From NCBI RefSeq assembly GCF_000195855.1, contig NC_002677.1, forward strand, positions 2,670,001 through 2,702,000: a stretch of 32,000 nucleotides of DNA. The letters are read 5' to 3'. This DNA comes from Mycobacterium leprae TN (lineage in GTDB: Bacteria; Actinomycetota; Actinomycetes; Mycobacteriales; Mycobacteriaceae). The translations under genes and the position numbers were made by a program. Shown in pieces: positions 17,462 through 28,016 of this stretch. Numbering within the stretch: position 1 is the first letter of the stretch; every line of letters starts with the position of its first letter. The notes beneath the pieces were generated by a model. The model did not search any database. It was not told where the DNA came from and saw only the letters and a program-made list of their open reading frames with translations.

Positions 17462-18560
17462 GGTTCTTGGACTCCGTCCTGGTTGGTGGTTAGATCCCCG
17501 CAGCTGATTGTCTGTGCTGATGTCACCACGGCGTCGTGCGCAGAAGTGGTCGTTACAGTATCGGATCGGCTGATAGACGCCAGGGTGCCGGCCAGGTCGA
17601 TCGTGGTTCGGCGCACCGTCCACTGGCTAGTCTTTTCCAAGGCCTGCAGGCCTACCAGCTGGCGGTCCCCACCGAGATCGCGGTAGTTCACCCCGATACT
17701 GCGGTACCGCACATTCTGTAGAAAGAACAGGAATGGCGCGGCCAACGTGTCGACAACTGTTTGCAGCCGGTAGTCAACAAACGTATACAGTCGTGCGCCA
17801 CGCCCGTGGCTGTCTATGATCTGGTGACCGCCGTCATTCTGGGTGGAGATTACCCAGGTGCGCATCGGTATTGGTCTCGCTGAAGACATCTGCACGTCGA
17901 TATTCGCTCCGCGCGGGTGGTGACACCAACGATTCGGTTGGCATCGCCAGCACCACAAAAGGCTTAATTCATAGCGTGTCCGTGCGGTCGTCGCGGTCGA
18001 TATCGTCGATCTGGCAGATGGCCACGCCAGCTGGGGTAAGTGTGCCGCCCGGTCCGAGACCTTACGCAAAGAAAAACCGCGCCGAGTCGAAACGGACCAC
18101 CGGACAAATTCCAGTCAACATTTCGACCTTCTCTGTGAGTCCCCCATTGACCAGCTTGAACTGCTTCATGCAACCCACACCGGTAGGTACCTCGCTGGGC
18201 CAAACCCGCAACAGCGGTTTGGCGTCCTCGGCGTCTGCTCCACCATCCGGCAGCGTCCATGTATGCTGGTCTAAGCTAGGCATACCTTCGCTTGCAGCCC
18301 AGAGGTTTTACACTGAATTTGCGCCAGGTAAGCAGCCGACGACGTAACCGCTTGTCGTCCACTGTCATCGGCGTGACCGGTGTCGACCGGGGAAAACCGG
18401 ATTTGTGGCCCGGCATTGTCAACACGAACCGGGCTTTCACCGCCGAAGCGTAAACCAAGCCGCGATATTCCGATGAAAACTTTGTTGGTCGGCTTCAGCC
18501 ACTACAGCAGCTTGATCCTCTCACCTTTTGTCATGCCTGCCACAATAGTCACGTACGCCT
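17462..18560 (-). pseudogene. Unassigned coding-like relic between menB and the fadD8-like pseudogene
   Basis: Protein-like stretches lie in three minus-strand frames. They are FVLTMPGHKSGFPRSTPVTPMTVDDKRL, WTLPDGGADAEDAKPLLRVWPSEVPTGVGCMKQFKLVNGGLTEKVEMLTG and RTWVISTQNDGGHQIIDSHGRGARLYTFVDYRLQTVVDTLAAPFLFFLQNVRYRSIGVNYRDLGG. The last piece still has high third-position G+C. I recognise no family. Confidence 0.3.
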
Positions 18561-18569
18561 GCAGAGCAT

Positions 18570-20010
18570 TAGTTGACAGCCCGGTCAACTCCTTTCCGGA
18601 ACTGCGCGCACAGCTTTTTTGTCGGGTTTGTCCGGCACCATCAACGGCACAGAGTCGCGACAACCACTGCCTGCTTGAGCGATTGCACCACGCCTTTGTG
18701 TTTCTTGATAGCGTCCTGGATCTAGGCGGTCATGGCAGCGATCGCGGCGTCATCGCGGGCCGCAGCAGCGCGCAACATAACCACCACGGTGACGGTCGCG
18801 CCCCACTTTTCGTCCGATGCACCAAACCACACATACCTGCGCGACAGCCGCATGCTAAGCGATGACATCTTTGCCCTTCCGCAGGAACACATTGAAGTCT
18901 CCGGTGACGATCATGTCCTTGACCTGCTACTTTTTTGCAAAAAACTCGTCCTCGCCTTCACAAGCTATATCGTCGGTGGTCAGCCAGCCGTTTTTAAACG
19001 TCTCGGCTGTAACGTTCGGAAAATTCCAGTAACCGCCGGCCAACAGCAGAACGTGGAAACAGATTTCGCCCGGCTCCCCCTGTGGAACAGTTTTACCGTC
19101 CTCGCTCAGCAGAGCGACGCGTATGAACAGCTTCTGGCATCCGCATGAAGTCACCAGAACCGAAGATCGGTATGAATCGCCGTATTGCTTTGTTCCGCCA
19201 CACCGGGTTTGATCGCCTAAGCGGCGTAATAGACGGTCTCGCGCTAAGGCAGGTCCCGGGTGTGAGAATCCGGGTATCCAATCAACAAGTATAGCATTGA
19301 CAACACTAGTATCTTCACCTAGCGCTGTTGTTTCTAGGTGCTTTTCAGCAGCTTCGTTCGGATCGGATTTGGCTAGCACGATCACTTCTCCTCCCTTGAT
19401 GAGGGGAGGTGTGAAGAACGCCATGCCGGTGTGGAACAGCGGTGTACACATCAAGAACCGCGGGTTCTCTGTCCATTCCTATTCGATGAGTTGGATTACC
19501 GCCATGGTAGCGATCGACTATGCGGTGCTTGGGTTTGCCGGTGTAGATCAGGCAGATGAGATGACCTGGTCCGGTGGTAGGTCCGCGGCCATCAGCGGCT
19601 GCGGCGCGAACTTGGCCATCTAGGAGTAGAGTTCGGGTCACCTCTTTGCGCTCTTCGGTTATCGGACCGATAGTCAGGATCTGCTTGAACGAGTTCACCG
19701 GCTGCTGCAGCCCTAACGCGCGCCCGACGAACATCGGGTTAGGGTCGATGATCAGTGAGCTTATGCCGGCGTCGGAAAGCACATAAGCGTGATCTTCCAG
19801 CGAACCGAGCAAGTGTAGCGCCGTTCGCCGATAGCCCCGACTCTGGCCGTACTAATGGTCATCAGCATTTCGGTACGGTTTAGTGACTGGAGTACGACTG
19901 CCGCTCCAGTGTCAGCCACTCAACGCATCGAGTGCTTGCGGGTACTGGCTGATCCGGTAGGCCAGCTAGCCATCGATGAGCGTAGTGCCGCCGAGTAACA
20001 GTATGGGCTT
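18570..20010 (-). pseudogene. Fatty-acid/acyl-CoA ligase pseudogene (fadD8-like)
   Basis: The adenylate-forming motifs are degraded and split across frames. Examples are ICLIYTGKPKHRI (a ruined T/S-G-T-T-G-x-P-K-G motif), PLFHTGMAFFTPPLIKGGEVIVL, GEPGEICFHV...GGYWNFPNVTAETFKNGWLTTDDIA, KDMIVTGDFNVF and a C-terminal PDKKAVRA. Several stops interrupt them. Confidence 0.7.
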
Positions 20011-20151
20011 GATTCTTGTGGCGCTTCAGCACGCCTATCAAGTAAATGGCGATTATGGGTTGGGTTGCGTCACAGTTTCGTCACCCATGTAGTAGAATTA
20101 GCAACGTATTTCAATTTCGTGTCCAGCACCTCACCACACTCGTGATCGCCA

Positions 20152-21800
20152 CTAGTGATTTCCGCCTACGATCGATACAAACCTCGAGGCTGGGTTAGTC
20201 ACTACTGGAAGCATTTTGACAGTAGACGACGTACAGTTTACCGCTGAGGCACTTGCTGTTGCTGACAGCCAGATCACCGCCATCGGTAACCGGTCCCTAG
20301 ATAGGGAGTTCATCGGTACTAGCACCGGTAACAATTAATGTTAATTATGGTCGTGCTATGCTGAGATTTGTTGAAGACAATGGCGATCCGATGATGGATA
20401 ATGTCGCGCTGTCCGATCGCATCGTCGGACATAAGATCTGTCACCGTACACAATGTCGATGAAGTCGTCGAGGAGATTCGTCATGAGGACCGCCGCAAGG
20501 CAAGCGGCCGGCGTGTACCTCAACAGTTATGACCTACTACTGCGGTCCGGACTGCCCCAGACGACATTGCGATTGCGCCGGGCGAGCCGTTGGTGATCAC
20601 CGCAATTCTGGGAACAAGGCCTATTTCAACCCGCACGAGGCACGGCGTGCCGGGGTTGAACACAGACACGCCGGATCCTAAGGACGTTAAGTACGGCCGT
20701 GATAGCTCTGTTTGAACTCAGCGGCACGGCCGAGGAAGCTGGCGCGTGTTTCCATTGTTAGACGCTGCCATCGAACCCAGCGACTATCCGGCAATGCTGC
20801 GCGTCGAATGCACCCGATTCAACCGTGTGGGTCTGACCACATGTTCCGAGATGGTTTTCGACCCGGTGTTTCGACCGCTGGTTGAGCGACCGCGTGGCGA
20901 TCTAATGATCCTGCTGCGCAACTACGAATCTCTAATCCGCAGTTGTCCACCGACGCCGTCCCGGCGAGGGCGACAAAATGCTGCGCTAGGTGGGGATCAA
21001 TATCTGCTGGGTGTACAGCTCACCATGGGTTGGCACCATCACGTTGTCTTTATCTTGTCTTTAATCCTTATTTGGACACAGCCACGACCCGCGCCATTGG
21101 TGCGCCGGCGGGTTCTTACGGACACGCTAAACTACACCCGCGAACAGCTGGCTGAAATCGTCGGCGCCTACTTTCCGTTGGGTTGGCCACTAACCTGCCA
21201 TTTACTATAGTGATGTGATGCCAAAGTCGACACCATCTTCGACGTGTATGAGGAGATGCTGCGCCGACATCCGCGTCCCAACCATCGTTTTCGCCTCGAA
21301 CACGTCGGCACCATCCGGCCTAACCCATTGCAGCGTGCCGCCGCGCTGGTTGTCATCTGCAGCATAGTCATCGACCAAATCCACTACTAGTGGTGACTTC
21401 ATTATCGACATCCTGTTTTGGCCAGAGCGCGGATGTCTTTGGATTTAAGCAGGATCCACGGCAGCAACCAGTATGGGGATATCACTGCACAACGATCCAC
21501 ACCGTGACACCCGAAGAACCACTGAGCAACATCATTAGTGTGACGGCGACGCAGGTCGCGTCGAGAGCCCGGGTGTTGGACTCGGAGGAGCGGTTGACGG
21601 TCAACCAGGCAATCCGCGCACAGACGATCGATGCCGGCTGGCAGCTGTTCGTCGACGATGTGATCGCCTCGCTGGAGGTCGGCAAGTACGCTGACATGAT
21701 GGTGTTGTCAGCCGATCTGCGGACCGTGCCGCCCGAGCGGATCGCCGACTTCAAGGTGTGTGCGACGTTTCTGGCGGGTCGCCGGGTGTACCCGCAGTGA
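20152..21800 (+). pseudogene. Amidohydrolase-3 family metal-dependent hydrolase pseudogene (Rv0552-like)
   Basis: The N-terminal part ALAVADSQITAIGNRSLDREFIGT...GRAMLRFVEDNG contains stops. The middle part YEEMLRRHPRPNHRFRLEHVGTIRPNPLQRAAAL is in another frame. The C-terminal 136-codon ORF (21390-21800) carries DDVIASLEVGKYADMMVLSADLRTVPPERIADFKVCATFLAGRRVY. Confidence 0.65.
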
Positions 21801-22801
21801 TTCCCACCCTGACGGAGTTGTTGGACCGGCTACATGTAGTGGCTCTGCCGATGCGGGTGCGCTTCCGCGGCATCACCACCCGCGAAGTGGCGCTGATCGA
21901 CGGCCCAGCAGGATGGGGAGAGTTCGGGGCCTTCCTCGAATACCAGCCCTTAGAGGCGTCCGCGTGGCTGGTGGCGGGCATTGAGGCCGCTTACGGTGAG
22001 CCACCGGAGGGTCGCCGTGACCGGATCCCGATCAACGCCACCGTGCCAGCCGTGTCCGCCACCCAGGTACCCGAGGTGCTTGCCCGCTTTCCTGGCGTGC
22101 GCACCGCCAAGGTTAAAGTGGCCGAGCCCGGACAAAACCTCGCCGACGATGTCGACCGGGTCAACGCGGTGCGGGAACTGGTGGAAACCGTGCGAGTAGA
22201 CGCTAATGGTGGCTGGAGCGTCGAGGCGGCGGCCCAGGCGGCCGTTGCCCTGACCGCCGACGGCCCGCTAGAGTACTTAGAACAACCGTGTGCCACAGTC
22301 GCCGAGCTCGCCGCGCTGCGCCGCCGGGTCGACATACCGATCGCTGCTGACGAAAGCATCCGCAAGGCCGACGACCCGTTGGCGGTGGTCCGCTCGCACG
22401 CTGCCGACGTTGCAGTGCTGAAAGTCGCGCCGCTGGGCGGGATTGCATCGTTCCTGGCTATCGCAGCGCAGATCGATATCCCGGTGGTGGTTTCCAGCGC
22501 GCTAGATTCGGTGGTCGGGATCACCGCCGGACTGATCGCCGCCGCGGCCCTACCCGAACTCGACTACGCCTGCGGGCTGGGCACCGGCAGGCTGTTCGTC
22601 GCAGACGTCGCCGAACCTATGCTGCCTGTCGATGGTTTCCTTCCGGTCGGACCGGTAACGCCTGACCCAGCGCGGCTGCAGGCGCTGGGCACGCCGCCTG
22701 CCCGACGGCAGTGGTGGATCGACCGAGTCAAGACCTGCTACTCGCTGCTTGTACCGTGTGCAGGTGATCAATCTGGCTTACGAAGACCGCGGGACCGGTG
22801 A
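21797..22801 (+). CDS. menC: O-succinylbenzoate synthase (enolase superfamily)
   Basis: From the GTG at 21797 the protein reads VIPTLTELLDRLHVVALPMRVRFRGITTREVALIDGPAGWGEFGAFLEY..., then KVKVAEPGQ...VRVDANGGWS...EYLEQPC...IAADESIR. The ORF is open from 21758, but the GTG at 21797 matches the M. tuberculosis N-terminus. It overlaps the pseudogene TGA as GTGA. Confidence 0.9.
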   Translation: MIPTLTELLDRLHVVALPMRVRFRGITTREVALIDGPAGWGEFGAFLEYQPLEASAWLVAGIEAAYGEPPEGRRDRIPINATVPAVSATQVPEVLARFPGVRTAKVKVAEPGQNLADDVDRVNAVRELVETVRVDANGGWSVEAAAQAAVALTADGPLEYLEQPCATVAELAALRRRVDIPIAADESIRKADDPLAVVRSHAADVAVLKVAPLGGIASFLAIAAQIDIPVVVSSALDSVVGITAGLIAAAALPELDYACGLGTGRLFVADVAEPMLPVDGFLPVGPVTPDPARLQALGTPPARRQWWIDRVKTCYSLLVPCAGDQSGLRRPRDR

Positions 22802-23561
22802 ACCTGTTGTTTTCATCGCTGGCCGTGGCGGCGCAGGACGCACCTGGCAACCGCATCAAGTCCCGGCATTCTTGGCGGCCGGCTATCGCGTCATCACCTT
22901 CGACAATCGCGGAATCGGCGCCACAGAAAATACCGAAGGTTTCACAACGCAAACCATGGTCGCTGACACCGCGGTACTGATCGAATCCCTGGGCGCGGTC
23001 CCAGCGCGCATCGTTGGGGTGTCGATGGGCTCATTCATCGCCCAAGAGCTCATGGTTGCCCGCCCCGAACTGGTCAGAGCTGCCGTGCTGATGGCCACCC
23101 GTGGCCGGCTGGACCGCACCCGCCAGTTCTTTCACGCCGCCGAAGCCGAGTTCCATGACTCCGGCATCCAGTTGCCATCAGGCTACAATGCAAAAGTTCG
23201 TTTGCTGGAAAACTTGTCACGCAAAACACTCAATGATGACGTGGCCGTAGCCGACTGGATAGCCATGTTTAACATGTGGCCGATCAAGTCCACCCCGGGA
23301 CTGCGTTGTCAAACGGATGTCGCCCCGCAGAACAACCGGTTACCGGCCTACCGAAGCATCGCCGCGCCGGTGTTGGTGATTGGCTTCGCCGAAGACGTAG
23401 TGACACCACCGTCTCTGGGACGAGAGGTCGCCGACGTCCTGCCTAACGGCCGCTACCTGCAGATACCAGATGCTGGTCATCTTGGGTTTTTCGAGCGTCC
23501 GGAAGCCGTCAACGCCGCAGCGCTGCAGTTTTTCGCTGGCGTCAAAGGCGAGTGGCCTTAG
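22749..23561 (+). CDS. bpoC: Alpha/beta-fold hydrolase annotated as non-haem bromoperoxidase BpoC in M. tuberculosis (Rv0554-like)
   Basis: The 270-aa ORF has the pattern HG-like VVFIAGRGGAGRTW, a nucleophile elbow GVSMG and a C-terminal IPDAGHLGFFE. The start is either the ATG at 22749 or the GTG at 22764 (VINLAYED...). Either one overlaps the 3' end of menC by 38-53 nt. Confidence 0.88.
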   Translation: MYRVQVINLAYEDRGTGEPVVFIAGRGGAGRTWQPHQVPAFLAAGYRVITFDNRGIGATENTEGFTTQTMVADTAVLIESLGAVPARIVGVSMGSFIAQELMVARPELVRAAVLMATRGRLDRTRQFFHAAEAEFHDSGIQLPSGYNAKVRLLENLSRKTLNDDVAVADWIAMFNMWPIKSTPGLRCQTDVAPQNNRLPAYRSIAAPVLVIGFAEDVVTPPSLGREVADVLPNGRYLQIPDAGHLGFFERPEAVNAAALQFFAGVKGEWP

Positions 23562-23680
23562 ACGTGGCCAGAGCGCATCGGGCACCGTGGCGGGTACCCT
23601 CATCCGCTGCTAAACGTCACAAACCATCGCTTAACAGGCCTGCACGGGGACGCTTGTACACTTTCGAGTTTCTTTAAATC

Positions 23681-23703
23681 GGTCTCAGAGCCAAACTGAG
23701 ACC
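23681..23703. other. Small hairpin in the bpoC-menD intergenic region
   Basis: ggtctcag (23681-23688), a 7-nt loop, then ctgagacc (23696-23703). It lies 120 nt after the bpoC stop and 100 nt before the menD start. Its function is unknown. Confidence 0.5.
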
Positions 23704-23804
23704 GCGGTCCGGATCACCCCGTCGTCAAGCCCCTCGCTATGAGGGAAGAGCTTTAGCTAAGCCGCGCCGGCCGCATTGTTGCCGGGCTATGACACCCTGT
23801 ACGG

Positions 23805-25475
23805 ATGAACCCCTCGACGACACAGGCTCGCGTCGTCGTTGACGAGCTGATCCGCGGCGGCGTCCGCGATGTAGTGCTGTGCCCCGGGTCGCGAAACGCC
23901 CCGTTGGCATTCGCCCTGCAAGACGCCGACCACGCCGGCCGGATACGGCTGCACGTACGCATTGACGAGCGCACCGCCGGGTATCTGGCTATCGGGCTGG
24001 CGGTCGCCGCGGGCGCGCCGGTGTGTGTGGCGATGACCTCGGGCACTGCCGTCGCCAACCTTGGCCCAGCGGTGGTCGAAGCCAACTATGCCCGGGTGCC
24101 ACTGATCGTGTTATCGGCCAACCGGCCTTATGAATTGCTCGGCACAGGGGCCAACCAGACCATGGAGCAGCTGGGCTACTTCGGCACCCAAGTTCGTGCC
24201 GCCATCAGCCTAGGCCTAGCAGAGGACGCGCCGGAGCGGCTCGATTCACTCAACGCAACCTGGCGATCGGCCACCTGCCGAGTATTGGTGGCTGCCACCG
24301 GTTCTCGTACCGCCAACGCCGGCCCCGTGCAGTTCGACATCCCACTGCGCGAGCCTTTAATACCCGACCCGGAACCCCACGGCGCCATCACACCGCAGGG
24401 CCGGCCCGGCGGAAAGCCGTGGACCTACATACCGCAGGTGACGTTCGACCAGCCGCTGGAAATCGACTTGTCAGCCGACACCGTCGTCATCGCCGGGCAC
24501 GGTGCAGGCGTGCACCCGAACCTGACCGAATTGCCGATCGTTGCTGAGCCGACCGCGCCATTTGGACCGTACCGGCCCTACCCGTTGCACCCCCTAGCGC
24601 TGCCTCTGCTGCACCCGAAGCAGGTGATCATGCTCGGTCGCCCGACACTGCACCGCCCGGTGTCGGCGCTACTGGCCGACCCACAAGTGCCGGTGTACGC
24701 GCTTACCACTGGGCCGTGTTGGCCGGACGTCTCGGGCAATTCTCAGGCCGCTGGTACTCGGGCGGTAACCACCGGGACACCGCATCCGGCCTGGCTGCAG
24801 CGCTGTGCGGAGATGAACCAGCACGCGATCTCGACGGTGCGCAGCCAGCTCGCGGCTCATCCGTTAATCACGGGTTTGCATGTCGCTGCAGCTGTGGCAG
24901 ATGCACTACGGCCCGGTGACCAACTGGTGCTTGGGGCGTCCAACCCGGTGCGCGACATGGCGTTGGTTGGTTTGTCCACTGACGGTATTCAGGTGCGGTC
25001 CAACCGCGGCGTCGCTGGCATCGACGGCACCGTATCCACCGCGATCGGGGCGGCGCTAGCATATGAACGATCCCCCGGCTACGCTGGTAGCACAGACCGC
25101 CCGGCTCGTACCGTAGCATTAATCGGAGACCTCGCATTCGTCCATGACAGCTCGGGGCTGTTGATCGGCCCCACCGAACCCACACCGCAGCAGCTGAAAA
25201 TCGTAGTGTCTAACGACAACGGTGGGGGTATCTTCGAACTGCTGGAGCAAGGCGACCCGAGGTTGTCTGCCGTATCGTCGCGCATCTTCGGTACTCCGCA
25301 CGACGTCGACGTAGGAGCGTTGTGTCGCGCGTACCACGTGGAAGGTCGACAGATCGAGGTCGACAAGCTGCGGGAAGCCCTCGACGAACCCGGTGTTGGC
25401 ATGCGCGTGCTGGAAGTCAAGGCCGACCGATCTTCGCTGCGCCAGTTGCATGCAGCAATCACGGCAACATTGTGA
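23805..25475 (+). CDS. menD: 2-succinyl-5-enolpyruvyl-6-hydroxy-3-cyclohexene-1-carboxylate (SEPHCHC) synthase, ThDP-dependent
   Basis: 556-aa ORF reading [38 protein letters not shown]...[31 protein letters not shown]...[13 protein letters not shown]...[12 protein letters not shown], which includes the ThDP-binding GD...N(D)NGGG motif. Confidence 0.95.
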
Positions 25476-25493
25476 GGTTGCTATTATGAGGTA

Positions 25494-26030
25494 TTGTCAA
25501 CTGTGATATTGTCGAAGTCGTTGCTGCGCATCCTTATTCATGGTCGCAGCGACGAACCGCCCAGTACTCGTGCCAGAGTTATCATGCGATGGGGGCGGAT
25601 TGCGGTGCTGATCGTGACCGGTTTGATCACGCTGCAATCGGTGCTGCTTGTGGCCGGCGCTTGGCGCAATGACCTGACGATCCAACACAATATGGGGGTC
25701 GCGCAAGCGGAAGTACTTAGCGCTGGGCCGCGGCGCTCAACGATCGAGTTCGTCACCCCCGAGCGCGTCACCTACCGACCAGAACTCGGTGTATTATATC
25801 TCTCTGAGTTGTCCACAGGCATGCGGATTTACGTTGAATACAACAAGAATGATCCGAACCTGGTCCGCGTGCGGCACCGCAACGCCGGACTGGCGATTAT
25901 CCCGGCCGGGTCTATCGCGGTAGTGTGTTGGCTGGCTGCGACTGTCGTGCTAGTCGCTTTGGCAGTGCTGGACAAAAGGTTGGACCGTCACACCGAATCG
26001 AGTGCTGTGCCGAGCCAACCAACTTCCTAA
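25494..26030 (+). CDS. Conserved membrane protein (Rv0556-like), two TM segments flanking a soluble domain
   Basis: The 178-aa ORF (TTG start) has TM segments IAVLIVTGLITLQSVLLVAGAW and LAIIPAGSIAVVCWLAATVVLVALAVL. Its central region is AQAEVLSAGPRRSTIEFVTPERVTYRPELGVLY. It starts 18 bp after menD. An alternative ATG start (MRWGRI...) exists at codon 31. Confidence 0.72.
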   Translation: MSTVILSKSLLRILIHGRSDEPPSTRARVIMRWGRIAVLIVTGLITLQSVLLVAGAWRNDLTIQHNMGVAQAEVLSAGPRRSTIEFVTPERVTYRPELGVLYLSELSTGMRIYVEYNKNDPNLVRVRHRNAGLAIIPAGSIAVVCWLAATVVLVALAVLDKRLDRHTESSAVPSQPTS

Positions 26031-26118
26031 GGTGCCCAACCGGCAGATTTCACATGAGATACGCCCGTAGGTAACTGTGTCGAAAGCCGGCGCTGACACT
26101 GATGAACACGGTAGTGGT

Positions 26119-27177
26119 GTGCGCGTTACTCTCATCTCATCTCCGAGTAGTTCCTCCCGCATGTCAACGGTTTTAGCAACCCAATGATTCGGATTCTCGA
26201 ACATTTGCGTGGAACCTGGCATAAAAACTCGGGTGATAGGCACCCCGATACCCCCGTCGGATGGCACACCGCGCAGAGCGAATTCACGACGGCATTCGGG
26301 TGCACCGGGTGCCATCACGAATGTTTTCGAAAGTAAACCACGTTGCTGCTAGGCTTGCCGATGCCTCGACTGGTCGGCGTACTGCGCGGATTCGATCATC
26401 CGGACGTGGGGTGCATCTAACGTCTCCGACGCTACTAGGTCATGGCGGAATACGGGCCGCTCGTCGTCTTGATGTGCCGACAATCGTCGATATACCAAAC
26501 CGACGTCTCGAGTTTCGTATCGAATTACGGAATTCCGATCCCGACACGGGCGGCGTAGGCATGGTTCCGTCATCTTCACAGCCTTGCCAACCGCACCCCG
26601 GCGCCGTTAATTGCGACTATGGAATCCCATGTTAACAATCCGTATTCAGCGGGTATATTCGGTGTGCGTGCGGAGGTCGACATGTTTTGGTTCGCGCCGT
26701 TTGGTGCGCAACTAAGAACTCAGGCAGCAGTTGATCACTGCACGACAAGCCCATCGTTGGCTTTGTGAACCGGATAGCGCTGGAAATACAGGTTGAACAG
26801 CTCCCACGGCACTGTCAGCTAGCGATACCCGGCCGCTCGGCGTCGTCGACTACGGCCTCGACCAACGCAAACTGCAATCAACAATGCCCACAGCGGTTTT
26901 AACTGGTGCGTTGTATGGCGATGAGCTCGCCGCTGCGTATGCCAGTATGGATATATTAGTGCATACCGATGAGCACGAGATGCTTTGCGAAATTGTGCAG
27001 AAAGCTTTGGCGTCAGGGCTGTCGGTAGTCATCTCCGACGCCGGCAGGCCACGCAACCTGGTCATCCCGTGCTGCGCCGTACTGCTGCCCACCGCTGTTG
27101 CCCATCTGGTCGCAGAACGCCACAGCTACTCACCAGCTTCCCGGCATAGTGTGCTCTGGCCGGTCATACGTAAGTAG
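26119..27177 (+). pseudogene. GT4 glycosyl/mannosyltransferase pseudogene (Rv0557 pimB/mgtA-like)
   Basis: The N-terminal VRVTLISSPSSSSRMSTVLATQ* is frameshifted relative to the expected ...ESF.P..NGV pattern. The middle part GIRVHRVPSRMF...HLTSPTLLGHGGIRAARRLDVPT is in ORF 26261-26635. The C-terminal VLTGALYGDELAAAYASMDILVHTDEHEMLCEIVQKALASGLSVV (26884-27177) has a degraded E-x7-E region. Confidence 0.65.
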
Positions 27178-27282
27178 CTGCTTGGCCATTACCAGGAAGT
27201 ACGAGGCAGACTCGGGGCTCGGGCCTCCTAGTTAGAATCGCAAGCGCGGCGACATCGGGCACAGCGAGTCATCACAATCGAT

Positions 27283-27999
27283 TTGCCTCCCGGTAGCGTC
27301 GACGTCGTGAGTCGCGCTGCCCTGGACAAGGACCCCCGGGATGTCGTAGCGATGTTCGACGACGTCGCCCACCGATACGATCTGACCAACACTGTGCTGT
27401 CGCTGGGTCAAGATCGGTACTGGCGACGAGCCACGCGGTCGGCGCTGCGGATTGGGCCCGGGCAGAAAGTGCTGGACCTGGCCGCAGGCACGGCGGTGTC
27501 CACAGCGGAACTGAGTAAATCCGGCGCCTGGTGTGTGGCTGCGGATTTTTCGGTCAGGATGCTAGCAACCGGCGGTGCGCGAAAGGTACCTAAGGTGGCC
27601 GCAGATGCCACCCAACTTCCCTTTAGCGATGGTGTATTCGATGCAGTCACTATCAGTTTCGGGTTGCGCAATATCGCCGACTATCAGGCGGCGCTGCGCG
27701 AGATGGCCCGCGTCACCCGGCCCGGCGGTCAATTAGTAGTGTGCGAGTTCTCCACACCCACCAATGCGCTGGTCGCCAATGTCTACACGGAATACCTGAT
27801 GCGGGCACTGCCGCAAGTGGCGCGACTGGTGTCTAGTAATCCCGATGCCTACATCTACTTGGCGGAGTCCATCAGAGCCTGGCCCGATCAGGTTACGCTG
27901 GCCTGCCAGCTGTCGCGGACCGGTTGGGCGTCGCCGCGCTGGCGTAACCTCACCGGCGGAATTGTGGCTTTGCATGCAGCAGATAAGCCGGTGCGGTAA
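27283..27999 (+). CDS. menG: Demethylmenaquinone methyltransferase (UbiE/MenG class; labelled menH in M. tuberculosis annotation)
   Basis: The ORF reads [40 protein letters not shown]...[11 protein letters not shown]...[26 protein letters not shown], the UbiE signature plus a SAM motif. The track start is a TTG at 27283. A GTG at 27307 (VSRAALDK) matches the M. tuberculosis start better. Confidence 0.92.
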
Positions 28000-28016
28000 G
28001 CCGACCTGAAGAAAAC

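Noticed and set aside
16559-17623. Full 354-aa version of menB with a 54-residue N-terminal extension
   Set aside because: The extension (MDGAPNHDRPGRHPGVYQPIRYCNDHFCARRRG...) is not MenB-like and is compositionally odd. The TTG at 17461 with an upstream GGAG gives a protein of the expected size. The extension is kept only as an alternative.
21991-22524. 177-aa ORF antisense to menC
   Set aside because: It is a Ser/Ala/Thr-rich low-complexity translation of the antisense strand of a high-GC gene, with no start context or motif.
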